From contig CP060756.1 in assembly GCA_023205875.1 (NCBI GenBank), positions 868,001-932,000 of the forward strand: a DNA stretch of 64,000 nt. Direction: 5' to 3'. Both the position numbers and the translations under genes were made by a program. The notes below the pieces were generated by a model that did no database searches, was not told the origin of the DNA, and was given only the letters and a program-made list of their open reading frames with translations. This DNA comes from Chloropicon primus (Eukaryota). Shown in pieces: positions 53,959 to 64,000 of the stretch. Each line of letters starts with the position of its first letter. Position 1 is the first letter of the stretch.

Positions 53959-54372
53959 TTAGCGCTCGACGATCTGCCACTTTCTCTTCATCGTGGCCTC
54001 ATCGACCACCGTTTCGGACAGCATTGTGTTATCAGACTCCCGCCAGAAGTGCGAGGTGAGATCCTCCTTGTAGCCCTTGGTCTTGACAACGAAGTGGTCG
54101 CCCTCCCACCACGAGACTTCTTCCAGCTCCCTTCCACGCGGATCCTTCCTGTGGACCACCGCGTTCTCGTTGAACGTCACGACGGTCCCTTCCTTCTTGC
54201 CTCTGAAATCCGTGAAGGTCACGGTCTTGCCCTTCTGCTGGATTATCTTTGCGTCCCTCGTGTACAGTCGGTTGGCGAATTTTCTGATCAGATAAGGAAT
54301 CCCCAACGCCTTCAGGAGGTCGTCGACTCCCTGCGCTTCGACCACTTCCCAAGTCCCGCCCAGGCCCGCCAT
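53959..54372 (-). CDS. Fatty-acid-binding-protein (FABP/calycin)-like protein
   Basis: 137 aa; LGGTWEVVEAQGVDDLLKALGIPYLIRKFA matches the FABP N-terminal signature; DPRGR, WEGDH; C-terminal KRKW. Confidence 0.65.
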   Translation of the reverse strand: MAGLGGTWEVVEAQGVDDLLKALGIPYLIRKFANRLYTRDAKIIQQKGKTVTFTDFRGKKEGTVVTFNENAVVHRKDPRGRELEEVSWWEGDHFVVKTKGYKEDLTSHFWRESDNTMLSETVVDEATMKRKWQIVER

Positions 54373-54717
54373 CTTTCTTTCGTCGCACGGAAACTTCACT
54401 CACTCGCTCGCTCACTCCCTAAACTCCCTCCTTGACTGGACCAGAAAAAATGAAAACAATGCAAACAAGCCCAAGTTGAGTTCTCCCTCTGCCTCGTCTC
54501 CCACTCGATGCCAAGACGAACACCTTTGGATCCTGCCTCGGGTGTGGCGTGACCCCTCTCTCCCTCACTCACTCCCTCACCTTCCCACTCCGCCTGCAAG
54601 TCCTCACTGGTCCTCCAAGATCATGAGACGCCTGCTGCTGCTGCTGGCCCGAGAAAAGGAAAAGCCCCGAAGGAGGCGCGCGCACTTCTGAGAGAGAGAG
54701 AGAGAGGAGGAAGAACG

Positions 54718-55328
54718 ATGAGTGAGGCGCTGAGAAGGGGGAGTCCGGGCATGAAGGTGAGTGTCGAGGAGGGAGGAATGGGTGACGAGGGGGGTTGTAC
54801 GGGAGGGGAGGAACGCACTGGAGGGAGGTGGTGCGACGTGGTGGTTCTTGTTTCTTGAAGGACGTCTTGTCCGTGGAAAGAAGGGTTTGGGCTGACATTT
54901 GAGCGTGTCTTTGTCTTTGTCTTGCTTGCGTCTCGTCCGGGCAGTCCATTAAGGACATGGCCATGAGGCAGGATGGCCCTCCACCGGGCGGCTTCCCTGC
55001 GATTCGCTACGGGAGGAAGATACCCAACTCGGGTCCGTCGGGCGTGGCCATCTTCGGCATTGGAGCCATTATAATGGCTTACGGTTTCTACAAGGTGGGG
55101 CAAACGAACCACAAGAGGAGGGACTGGAAGCGGGAGAAGCTGCAGGCGAGGATGAACATCATGCCGGTCCTGCAGGCGGAGGAGGACTTGAGGTTCGTAG
55201 CGGCCCAGAAGAAGGCCTGGGACCTGGAGGCTAAAATTATGAAGGACGTGCCGAACTGGAAGGTCGGCGAGAGGCCTTACAAGACCAGGTGGATGCCCCC
55301 TAACACGGGGATCATCAAGCCCACCTGA
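54718..55328 (+). CDS. NDUFA13: Complex I subunit B16.6/GRIM-19; exons 54718-54756 and 54945-55328
   Basis: MSEALRRGSPGMK|SIKDM..RQDGPPPGGF...PVLQAEED...MKDVPNWKVGE. Confidence 0.93.
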
Positions 55329-55382
55329 GCTGCAGCTTTGGACCGCGAATATGAATAACATGTATTGATATGAGAAAAACAA

Positions 55383-56891
55383 TTATTCTTGACCCAAGAC
55401 TTCTGCGACGGAGTGCTTTCCAAGAGTGTTGATGGCCGCACCCAGGGACCATGCGGCCTCCACCTTCTTCCCCTTGTAGTCGAACTGCTTCACCAGCGTG
55501 AACTCCTTGTCGCCGTTGATTTGGAACCCCCTCTTGAGGAGAACATAGGCGTACAGGACGTCCATGCAGATGAAAGGCAAGTCCGTGTCGTTGTTCAGGT
55601 AGTGCCCGTAGGACTGCTGGATTGCGGCGTATTCCAGGCCGCAAACCTTGTCCGCGGCCCCCCTGAACTCGTCGAGCAGGACGGCCTGCTGGGTTGACTG
55701 CCTTGGGATCACACCCACGTCGCGGGCGATGTCAACAATGTAGGAGGAGACGTAGTTCCTCTCCGATCCCCCCCCACTACCGCCGCTCCACACCCCGTCG
55801 AAAGAGCACTGCCCCTCGACTCCGCAGTCTTCCTCGAAATTCATCTCTCGCTCGATTGTCGCGATGCACTTGTCCACGTCCGCCCCGTCGTTCTCGTCGG
55901 CCTTCACGCTGACGTTCTCGTCCACATAGTGGTACCTCCCCTCGTACCCTCTCGTCATGCACGGGTGACCCTCATCCACCGCGTCAAAGGGCTTGAGGAA
56001 GTTCATCCTCGCGGCTTTGAGGCCGAAGCCGAGGTAGCTGTGCACGTAAACTTTGTACGCTTGCCCCCCGGCCGTGATCGTTCTCAGGGAGTCGTCCGCC
56101 AGCGTGTCTGGAGTGGGCTGGCCCTCCGCCAGGGCAAAGGCACGCTGCACGGACCCGCCACCCAAGTCGATCACGGATGCCGTCATCTCTGCCGGCTTCC
56201 CTATGTTCCCGAGGTAGTAGTTGCTCGTCACCCACATGAAAACGCCCTCGTCCGCTCCATCCATCACGGACACGGCGTCGTCCAGAACCTTGAAAGGGTA
56301 AGACGCGAGCACCGTGTGGACCTCCTGCAGGATGCTCTGGACCTCGGACGGCTCCAGCATCCTCAGACCAGCCGTCGCCCTCAGCTCCACGGTCGTTTCC
56401 TGCATGATGTCGTCCGGGACAAACGCCTTGGCCTTATCGAGCAGAGGGACGAGCGACTTTCCCGCCTGAACCGGCTCCGAGGCGAAGCTGCTGAGTCCAG
56501 GTTCAATAGCCTTGAACGTGCTGTCCAGGAGGGTCAGCTCCTCGCCCGACGCTTCGAACTTGAACGCGTGGACGCGGCTTCCAGTGCTCCCCGCATCAAT
56601 CACGACCGCGCACCTGTACTTCCCTCTCCCTGCCAAGCCGGACTCCGTTCCTTGGGCGTTGGCCTCGGCCCTCGTCTTCCCCAATACGCCCTCCTGCTGC
56701 TCCCTGTGTTGCACGAAGTTCGTCACCGGCGTGCCCGCTTGAGCTTCAGGTCTCTGAGCCAGAAGGAAGATGAAGAAGATGACCACGCACGGGATCAAGA
56801 CAACGATGTAGCTCTTCTTCTTCCCCGCGGTCGTCCCCTTCATGAAGTTCACAGATCTCGTCTGCTTGTTTCTCGCTCCCACTCTCCGCAT
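55383..56891 (-). CDS. Apyrase (GDA1/CD39 family), type II membrane
   Basis: ACR motifs IDAGSTGSR, ATAGLR, GADEG, DLGGGS, AWSLG. Confidence 0.93.
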   Translation of the reverse strand: MRRVGARNKQTRSVNFMKGTTAGKKKSYIVVLIPCVVIFFIFLLAQRPEAQAGTPVTNFVQHREQQEGVLGKTRAEANAQGTESGLAGRGKYRCAVVIDAGSTGSRVHAFKFEASGEELTLLDSTFKAIEPGLSSFASEPVQAGKSLVPLLDKAKAFVPDDIMQETTVELRATAGLRMLEPSEVQSILQEVHTVLASYPFKVLDDAVSVMDGADEGVFMWVTSNYYLGNIGKPAEMTASVIDLGGGSVQRAFALAEGQPTPDTLADDSLRTITAGGQAYKVYVHSYLGFGLKAARMNFLKPFDAVDEGHPCMTRGYEGRYHYVDENVSVKADENDGADVDKCIATIEREMNFEEDCGVEGQCSFDGVWSGGSGGGSERNYVSSYIVDIARDVGVIPRQSTQQAVLLDEFRGAADKVCGLEYAAIQQSYGHYLNNDTDLPFICMDVLYAYVLLKRGFQINGDKEFTLVKQFDYKGKKVEAAWSLGAAINTLGKHSVAEVLGQE

Positions 56892-57261
56892 GGCGAGACC
56901 TCCGTTTTTTCCGTCTGCCTCTCCTTCCACGCAGGCTGAGTCTTCGGACGATTGCGTCCTGCGCCTCGTCGACGCACGCCTCTCCTGATACGCCACTATA
57001 TCGTCCCTCCCGATGCACCTTTCCCCTCTCCCTCTTGACCTCGTCGTCGCCCTCGTCCTGCCTTTGGCGCCAACACACAGCGCGCGAGCGAGGGCGCCAC
57101 CCGTGCAGAGAGAGGAGAGGAGAGGAGAGGAGCCAAGGGGTCGAGGTTGTTCGGGGAGGGGTGGGGGAGGGCAATCGAAGATCGAAGGTCTTGGCACTTT
57201 GGACGCTGGAGCCGAGTACGAGTTGTCGTTTGTTTGCTTGTTTGTTGTGAGGGAGGGCGAG

Positions 57262-58821
57262 ATGAAGCGAGGGAGGAGTGGTGAGGAGTTGCTGGAGGAG
57301 AGGGAGAGGGATCTGGAGAGGAGAGGGGTGCAGGGCGTGGCGTCCATGGCGGATGAGAAGTCGATCCGACGGGTCCTGACCACGCTGGAGAAGAGGATGA
57401 ACGAGAACCTGGAGCTCAGGCTCAAGTTTCCGCAGAATCCGGAGAAGTTCATGGACTCTGAGGTCTCCCTGGACGAGGAGATCAAGAACCTGCAATCCCT
57501 GGCGACTTCGCCGCAGCATTACCCCCTGCTGATCCGGCTCGAGGGTGTCCCCTTGCTCCTCAGCCTCATCACGCACGAGAACACGAGCATAACGAGGGAC
57601 GTCACGCTCGTGCTCTCGGAGCTCCTCGATGGGGACAGCGTGGAGGACAGACTGGGGGAGGCCGTGATGCTCGTCGAGAGCCTGGTGGAGAACAAAGTGG
57701 TCGGACTGCTGGAAGGGGTTCTGCAGCGATGCTCCGAGGGGGAGAGAAAGGAGGAGGAGGAGGCGGACGCTGTCTTCCACACTCTGACGCTGCTCGAAAA
57801 CATGATCGATCTGAAGCCAGAAGTAGCCGAGGCGGTGAAGGATTCTTCGATCTTGCGGTGGCTCCTGAAGCGAGTAGAGTCCGGGGAGAGCGACAGCAAC
57901 AGGACGTACTCCAGCGAAATATTGGCGATTCTGCTGCAGACCAGCGATGCGAACAAGAAACGAATCTTGGAGCTGAGCGGCGTCGAGACTTTGCTGCAGG
58001 CCATCGCCAAGTTTCGCAAGGCGGATCCCAAAGACTCCGAGGAGGAGGAGTATCTCGAGAACCTCTTCGATGCTTTGTGCGCCGTGGCGATGGTCAAGGA
58101 GAGTAAGGAAGAGCTCCTCAAGGCCGAGGCGATGGATTTGATGGTCATCATGATGAAGAAGAAGCGAACAGCAAGACTGCCTGCCATGAAGGTGTGCAAC
58201 TTCGCTCTCACCGACTGCGCGTTCCTTTGCGAGCAGTTCGTGACGTCCCTTGGGCTTGGCCCGCTCTTCGGGTTTTTCATGGGAAAGGGGTTTGACAAAG
58301 GGAGCAAGAAGAGGAGGGAGCAGGGCGTTGAGATGCAGGAGCACGTCATTTCGATTCTTGCGAACCTGCTGCAAAGACTCGCGCCGGGTAACAAGAGAAA
58401 CAGGGTTCTGGCCAAGTTTGCTGAACAGGACTGTGAGAAACTGGACAGGCTGGTCGAGCTGTGGCACGAGTACAGCGACAAGCTGGGAGGCGTGGCTTCC
58501 CTGAAGAGGCTGAATCAATCTGGGGACGGGGCAGAAGAAGAGTACCTGGACCTGCTCGAAGGGGGGCTGTACTGCTTGCAACAGCTTGCCCTCATAAACG
58601 CCAACCTTTGGAGCAGCGGCGTGGAAAGCATGCAGAAGCGGCTCGTCTTCGTCTTCCAGCAGTATGGTTACGAGATGTGTGACATCTCAACGCTCCTCAA
58701 GATTCAATTCAAATTCGTGTACGAGCTGCAGGGCAGCAATGCTTCGAGCGAGGGTACTGACGCCAAAGCGAAAGCCAGGTTGGAAAAATTGATCGGTATC
58801 ATGGATGACTATAAAAACTAA
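57262..58821 (+). CDS. CTNNBL1: Beta-catenin-like protein 1 (spliceosomal)
   Basis: NLELRLKFPQNPEKFMDSEVSL, LITHEN, YSSEILAILLQ, EEEYLENLFDALC, KFAEQDCEKLDRL. Confidence 0.92.
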   Translation: MKRGRSGEELLEERERDLERRGVQGVASMADEKSIRRVLTTLEKRMNENLELRLKFPQNPEKFMDSEVSLDEEIKNLQSLATSPQHYPLLIRLEGVPLLLSLITHENTSITRDVTLVLSELLDGDSVEDRLGEAVMLVESLVENKVVGLLEGVLQRCSEGERKEEEEADAVFHTLTLLENMIDLKPEVAEAVKDSSILRWLLKRVESGESDSNRTYSSEILAILLQTSDANKKRILELSGVETLLQAIAKFRKADPKDSEEEEYLENLFDALCAVAMVKESKEELLKAEAMDLMVIMMKKKRTARLPAMKVCNFALTDCAFLCEQFVTSLGLGPLFGFFMGKGFDKGSKKRREQGVEMQEHVISILANLLQRLAPGNKRNRVLAKFAEQDCEKLDRLVELWHEYSDKLGGVASLKRLNQSGDGAEEEYLDLLEGGLYCLQQLALINANLWSSGVESMQKRLVFVFQQYGYEMCDISTLLKIQFKFVYELQGSNASSEGTDAKAKARLEKLIGIMDDYKN

Positions 58822-58844
58822 AAGTACACTTATAAAGATGGGTT

Positions 58845-61800
58845 TCAGCCGGCGGAAACCCGACCTAATTGTATATTGTTATGTAGCAAATGAAGTTCAG
58901 AGGAAGAGGCCCACTTCAACGCGTATCCCTGCATGTTCTTGATCTCGTCGCTTTCCGTCTGGAGGGTGAAGTGGCACGGGATGCGCTTCGAGGGCAAGTT
59001 GACCCTCGGGGACATCCGGAATGCCGAGGTCCACGACTGCTTGATCGACCACACCCGTATGCAGCTATCCTCGACCGAAAAGCAAGCTAGCAAGCCAGAG
59101 TCTGGAGATATTTTCACGGCCAACGGAGTCAGGTGCTTCTGATCCTCGAATTGGAGCTCTTGGATCATTTCAGCCGACTTTGCGTTGAATACGTGGATGT
59201 ACCTGCTGGCGTTCTTCTCAACAGGAGCAGCTGGAATGCAGATCAGCATGCTTGATGCGTTCATGTCAATGAAGGGAAGCTTCTGGCCCATCTCACACAC
59301 GATGGTCATTCCAATGTGAAGATAGCTTTTCCTCATCAAAGGATTTGAAGGATCCATGCAAGTGAAGCAAGCACTCATCACTTGGTGGGTCGCTCCGAAG
59401 AGGGACCAGGGGTGAGCATTGATCAGTGACAAGATCGACGTGAATATCATCGGCAGAATCGACGAGGCCGAGTTCACTTCACCCTTTTGCAGTTTCTGTA
59501 TGAAAATATTCATGAACTTCCGAATGTTCTGCTGCATCATCAAAGTCAGCAACTGCATCAGTTTGTCCCTCGACAACAGAGTTGTGAAGGGGGAAACTTT
59601 CCCCAGCTTCCTTGGACTCAGATCTGGGGGGACGTGGTCATTCACTGCATGAATGGCGTTAAAGATCGAAGTCAATACTTTTGAGAAAGACTTCTCTACC
59701 GTGTCCTTCCAGCCTCTGGTTGAATTCGACATTCCCTTAGTCAGTAAGGAGACTAGCGAAGAATGAAAAGGGACACTTGGTTCGCCAACGGTGCTCAAAA
59801 GCTCACTTATGAGCAATGTGTGATCGTACGAGTCCTCGAAAGACACGGCAATTAACCCCAGTATCAATATATTCTTGGCCCAGTCCCTGCTGCCACGGCC
59901 ATTGCTTGACAGCAACTTTTGTATGCTCTGCATGGCAGATGGCTTGTCCTCCATGCTTGCGAGTGTTGAGTGCAGAAGAACATTTGAGGCATCCCTGGCA
60001 TGCTCGTTCGTGTGCTCAATATGCTCCACAAAAGTGTGCATGGCATCCAACGGCGCCCCGCTTATCCTCTCCGGAACGCGGATGCCGTAAAACGTGTTCA
60101 GAGAACTGAATTGCTCTGGGGACAAAAAGGACTTCGAATTGGCCCATCCCAGGCCCGACAGCACAACAAGATTCATGTGTGCCATGAGCTGTGCGGGAAG
60201 AGCGGGTTTTGAGCCCCTGCCTTCCAGCTGGTGACAGAGCCAAATGGTATAGGTAGCGTTGTCCGGCCCAACCAGGGCAGGAAGCAACTGCAACAGATTC
60301 GTGCCTTCCTGCCAGTGACCCTTCGATTCGTTTTGGTTGATTGCTGCTATGGTTTGGGTGATGCCTCTTTGAAATTCCAAGTTCATCGTATCGTCGACCT
60401 CATAAAGTTGCATAGCGAGCATGACAGTGCACAAGATTAACTGAAGTTCAGGTTGCTGGGCACTTGCCTCGAGCAGCAAGTGCAGGTCACTGCTGACTAT
60501 AGACATCTGGTGGGACTTCTCTATCGATGAATAAGAGTATTTCAACGATTTGCAGGCCCTCCGCTTGTTGCACAGAGCGATGTACTTCTCGTTCACGCCC
60601 AAGAACTCGGAGAACGACTGCAAGGCCCCAGACCCCACCACGTACCTTTCCGTTCGACAGGAAAGAACATCCGTTATCGTACACAAAAACTGGTGTGAGC
60701 TCTCCCCCTGCACATCAGATATTAAGATGCTCAAGCACGCAACGTAATTCCGTTTGTAGTTCCATGCAATCGACACAAGTTCGTTCGTATCAGGGTATGC
60801 AAGGAACGCTCTGACTTTCGTCATCTCTTTGATGGACACGAAGCTCATGACACCGTCTTTTCCAACTGCAGCAAAGCACTCCGACCAGGGGAGACTTGGG
60901 TGCCTCTCCGGCAGGAGGAGCGCCGATATGTGCGATTCCCCCACCGATAAGGTCGACATGCATTCAAGGGATTCGAGGTTCCAAGCTTTGATTTCGCCTC
61001 TCTCACACGCAGAGAGCAAGATTTTGGTCCTTCCCCCCTGGTGATTCCCCACCACGACGTCCCACTCTTCCAGGCAAGAAATCGGCCCCCGATGACTGGG
61101 CAAGCACCAGTTGCCTTGACTGTCCCCAATGACAGGCCAAGGAAGGATGTCAATCGTCCCGTCCCGATGCCCTAGCGCGTGCAGGAACGTATGCCCCAAG
61201 CAATTCCTTACGATGCGTTCCGCCGACACTCTCTTCCCCTGCCCTTTACCGCCCTCCGACTTCCCGAAAGAGTACGTCTCTGGCTTGAACCGAACTGAAC
61301 CACTCTCTTCGATTACCCTTATCAGCTCTAAGCAAAGACTGCCTTCGTGCCGGAATGACCTAGCTAACAAAAAATCCGTCAAGACTACCCATGGCGTGGA
61401 TTCCTCTTCCCACTGCAAGTCGCGCTCCACCTCTATTTCTCTGGTGACACAAAAATTGTTTTCTCCCTTGATGGACTTCCCGCCGCACCCGATGCACTGC
61501 AGGCAGGCCTTGCTATCCTGGAACCAGGACAGCAAGTAGATCGTGGCCCCACTTCCCGCGTTGCCCCACAGCACAGCGCCTGCGCATCGCCCCCTGTCCC
61601 TTTGACCGCCGTCGAGATCGACCACTTTGTCGAAGACAACATCTCTCTCCGACTTGTTCTTTGCCTCGTACGTGACCAACTTCCTCCTTCCATCCTGAAT
61701 GTAGAACAGCAGGGACTCGTCCTCGGACAAGAGGATGTTTTTGCTGGACACCAAGGTCGCCTGCTGCGAGCCAGGGACCATGCTGCCGACCAAGTTCCTC

Positions 61801-62456
61801 ATTTCCGCGGATTCGGTCGTGGCGTGAACCTTCTCGCTCTTGGCTGGATCGAACTTCTGCAGCATCTCCAGGCTTGCCAGCAGCACCTTCCCCTCGCCCA
61901 GCTCGTACGACACCACGGTTCCGCCCCCGGTGCTGTGTATCCCGCACACGGGGTTGGTGGAGGTGTTGCAGAGGACCGCTTCCAGGCCCAAGTCTTTCGC
62001 CAGGTCGACGAGGAGCACAAAGTCCGTTCCTGGGGAGTCCCTCCTAGTGAGTACCGCGAGCATTCCGGTCTCCTCGTCCAGGGCCGCGTCTCTCACGCAG
62101 CCGTACCTCCCGGGAATCTTCACCCTCCTCTTGCAGTCGAGGGCCCCGGTGTTCCAGCAGCACAAGGTGCCCTCCGCGCTCCCAGTGACCACAAACCTCG
62201 CCCCCGACTCGGCTCGGAACTCCACCCCGAAGAGCACGAGAGTCTCGTGGCCGTCGAGTATCGCCGACAAGCTCCATTCTCCCCCAGGCCCCGGGCCGTC
62301 CTGCTGCCAGACCAGTATGGACCCGTTCTCCTTCCCCAGGGACCACAGCTGTTTCCCCTCTCCCTCCCCGTCCACGAAGCGCAAGAGCTTCCTCGGGCTC
62401 TGCCCGGGCACGAAGCTCCTCGGCAGCGTCGCGCACCCCACTCTCCCGCCCAACAT
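58845..62456 (-). CDS. WD40-repeat protein, WDR7/WDR72-like
   Basis: LDGHE, VTGSAEGTLCCW, LGHRDGTI, HRGPISCL, CMDPSNPLMRK, ISPDSGLLACFS.ED..IRVW. Confidence 0.7.
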   Translation of the reverse strand: MLGGRVGCATLPRSFVPGQSPRKLLRFVDGEGEGKQLWSLGKENGSILVWQQDGPGPGGEWSLSAILDGHETLVLFGVEFRAESGARFVVTGSAEGTLCCWNTGALDCKRRVKIPGRYGCVRDAALDEETGMLAVLTRRDSPGTDFVLLVDLAKDLGLEAVLCNTSTNPVCGIHSTGGGTVVSYELGEGKVLLASLEMLQKFDPAKSEKVHATTESAEMRNLVGSMVPGSQQATLVSSKNILLSEDESLLFYIQDGRRKLVTYEAKNKSERDVVFDKVVDLDGGQRDRGRCAGAVLWGNAGSGATIYLLSWFQDSKACLQCIGCGGKSIKGENNFCVTREIEVERDLQWEEESTPWVVLTDFLLARSFRHEGSLCLELIRVIEESGSVRFKPETYSFGKSEGGKGQGKRVSAERIVRNCLGHTFLHALGHRDGTIDILPWPVIGDSQGNWCLPSHRGPISCLEEWDVVVGNHQGGRTKILLSACERGEIKAWNLESLECMSTLSVGESHISALLLPERHPSLPWSECFAAVGKDGVMSFVSIKEMTKVRAFLAYPDTNELVSIAWNYKRNYVACLSILISDVQGESSHQFLCTITDVLSCRTERYVVGSGALQSFSEFLGVNEKYIALCNKRRACKSLKYSYSSIEKSHQMSIVSSDLHLLLEASAQQPELQLILCTVMLAMQLYEVDDTMNLEFQRGITQTIAAINQNESKGHWQEGTNLLQLLPALVGPDNATYTIWLCHQLEGRGSKPALPAQLMAHMNLVVLSGLGWANSKSFLSPEQFSSLNTFYGIRVPERISGAPLDAMHTFVEHIEHTNEHARDASNVLLHSTLASMEDKPSAMQSIQKLLSSNGRGSRDWAKNILILGLIAVSFEDSYDHTLLISELLSTVGEPSVPFHSSLVSLLTKGMSNSTRGWKDTVEKSFSKVLTSIFNAIHAVNDHVPPDLSPRKLGKVSPFTTLLSRDKLMQLLTLMMQQNIRKFMNIFIQKLQKGEVNSASSILPMIFTSILSLINAHPWSLFGATHQVMSACFTCMDPSNPLMRKSYLHIGMTIVCEMGQKLPFIDMNASSMLICIPAAPVEKNASRYIHVFNAKSAEMIQELQFEDQKHLTPLAVKISPDSGLLACFSVEDSCIRVWSIKQSWTSAFRMSPRVNLPSKRIPCHFTLQTESDEIKNMQGYALKWASSSELHLLHNNIQLGRVSAG

Positions 62457-62945
62457 CCTCGACCTCACCCACTCCTCACCTCATCGCAGACGACCAGACA
62501 ATCAATCAAACGAATCAAACAATCTCCTCCCCCCACGGACGCCGCAGCAACTCTTCCTCTGAACTTCTCCCTCACCGCATGAAACTTGGCATACGACCAC
62601 ACTTTCGAAAGCCCTGGAGACGCCCTTTCGTCCCACAACCCTCCCTTGGTCCCAAGACCCTCCCTTGGTCCACAATCAATCGTATTCGTATCGTATCGTA
62701 GCCTCGTCGACGATGCTCGAAGCTCTTGATCGACCTTTTTTTTTTTTTCGGTGCGTGTGTGGAGACCGGATCTCGTCTCCGCTTTGGATCGTGAGGCTCT
62801 GCGGAGTTCGGGCGAGAGGAGGATCCATAGAGCAGCAGACGTAGGTCGACGGCGGCGGTTTTAGTTGTCGAGTGAGTTTTCGGTCAGTATTGCTTGTCGA
62901 GGAGTGTTGAGGTTGCCAAGGACTGTGTCTTTGTGCACTGTTAGA

Positions 62946-64000
62946 ATGAATCAGGATGGCGGAAGCGGCGGAAGGGGAGGAAGCGGCGGTGGAGGACGTT
63001 TCCAGAAGAGGCCGAAGAGGGGAGGGGGAGGGGGAGGGAACGGGAGGCCGACGTTCCAGAAGAGGCAGAGGGGCGGTTCGAACGGAGGGGACAGGGAGCA
63101 GCAGCAGGGCAAGTACTTCAAGGAGAGCGGGGGCCAGAACAGCCACGCGGGCGGTGGGCACCAGCAGAGGCCACCCCAGCAGAACGGGGGCGGGCACCAC
63201 AGCAGAACGTCTGCGACCACCCTGGCGCACATGACCCAGGTGAGGTTCGCGGATCTCCCGATCCACGCGAGCACGAAGAAGGCGATCCGCGAGGTCATGG
63301 GCTACGCGTGCTGCACGGAGGTTCAGTCCCAGGCCCTGCCGGTGTGCCTCGGCGACTCGGACGCCGTCGTGAAAGCGAAGACGGGCACGGGCAAGACCAT
63401 CGCCTTCCTGGTCCCAGCGATCGAGAAGGCCCTCAAGTCCCCGGTCGGTAGGGGCCAGATCCCCATCCTTGCGATCAGCCCGACCAGGGAACTCGCCCAG
63501 CAGATCGCAGAGGAGGCCATGGCGCTCACCAGGTTTCACGGCAGGGAGGTCTCCCGAATCCAGTGTGTTGTTGGAGGCACGAACGTGAAGAGCGACATCA
63601 GGAAGCTGAAGGCAGCGGCGCCGTTCATTCTCGTCGCGACTCCTGGAAGGTTGAACGACCTGTTCCAGAACGGCGGGTTGGACTCGATGGTGAGGCAGCT
63701 CCAGGTCTTGATCTTCGACGAGGCGGACCAGCTGTTGGACATGGGTTTCAGGCCCGCGATCACGGAGGCGCTCAGGTACCTCCCCGCCCCGGGACGCAGG
63801 CAGTCGTACCTGTTCAGTGCAACCTTCCCGAACCAGGTGGAGAAGCTGACGAAGGATGCCCTGAGCTCCAACCACGTCGTCGTGGACACCGTGGGAGAGG
63901 AGGAGCAGACGAACACCCACGTCCAGCAGTACTCTCTGGTCTGCGAGCACAGTGCCATGCCAGCCCACCTCTGGAAGTTCTTGCAGGAGGCCAAGAGCAA
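62946..64000 (+). CDS. DEAD-box RNA helicase (Mss116/RH25-26-like), 3' end outside window
   Basis: Not in ORF track. Manual translation from ATG 62946: Gly-rich leader, Q motif (GYACCTEVQ), AKTGTGKT, SPTRELA, ATPGRL, DEAD, SAT. Confidence 0.93.
   Translation, partial: MNQDGGSGGRGGSGGGGRFQKRPKRGGGGGGNGRPTFQKRQRGGSNGGDREQQQGKYFKESGGQNSHAGGGHQQRPPQQNGGGHHSRTSATTLAHMTQVRFADLPIHASTKKAIREVMGYACCTEVQSQALPVCLGDSDAVVKAKTGTGKTIAFLVPAIEKALKSPVGRGQIPILAISPTRELAQQIAEEAMALTRFHGREVSRIQCVVGGTNVKSDIRKLKAAAPFILVATPGRLNDLFQNGGLDSMVRQLQVLIFDEADQLLDMGFRPAITEALRYLPAPGRRQSYLFSATFPNQVEKLTKDALSSNHVVVDTVGEEEQTNTHVQQYSLVCEHSAMPAHLWKFLQEAKS

Overview
Eukaryotic, GC-rich and very gene-dense DNA with short GT-AG introns and plastid-targeted genes (FKBP19, RsgA, an LHC-like protein). 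This is most consistent with a compact picoplanktonic green alga such as Chloropicon (inference). About 30 ordinary genes occupy 1-16 kb and 27.8-64 kb. Between them lies an atypical, more AT-rich island (~16.2-27.7 kb), bounded by a 2-kb 11/13-bp satellite on the left and tRNA-Arg(CCU) on the right. The island holds a degenerate PRMT-like gene, a divergent RWP-RK transcription factor, and a four-gene cluster in alternating orientation (+,-,+,-). The four genes share a near-identical 76-codon N-terminus, a moderately conserved pro-region and hypervariable C-terminal peptides behind basic cleavage sites, two with a Gly-Lys-Arg amidation signal. Their promoter and 5'UTR variants occur in all four combinations. 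This cluster is the best candidate for an undescribed system: a recombining, polymorphic secreted-peptide locus. Outside the island, the notable items are a UGA-recoded selenoprotein (SelU/AAED1-like) with a candidate non-canonical SECIS, a solute-binding-domain/phosphodiesterase receptor fusion, an FABP-like gene, and tandem E2F sites upstream of E2F. All family calls come from motif recognition by eye, not database searches.
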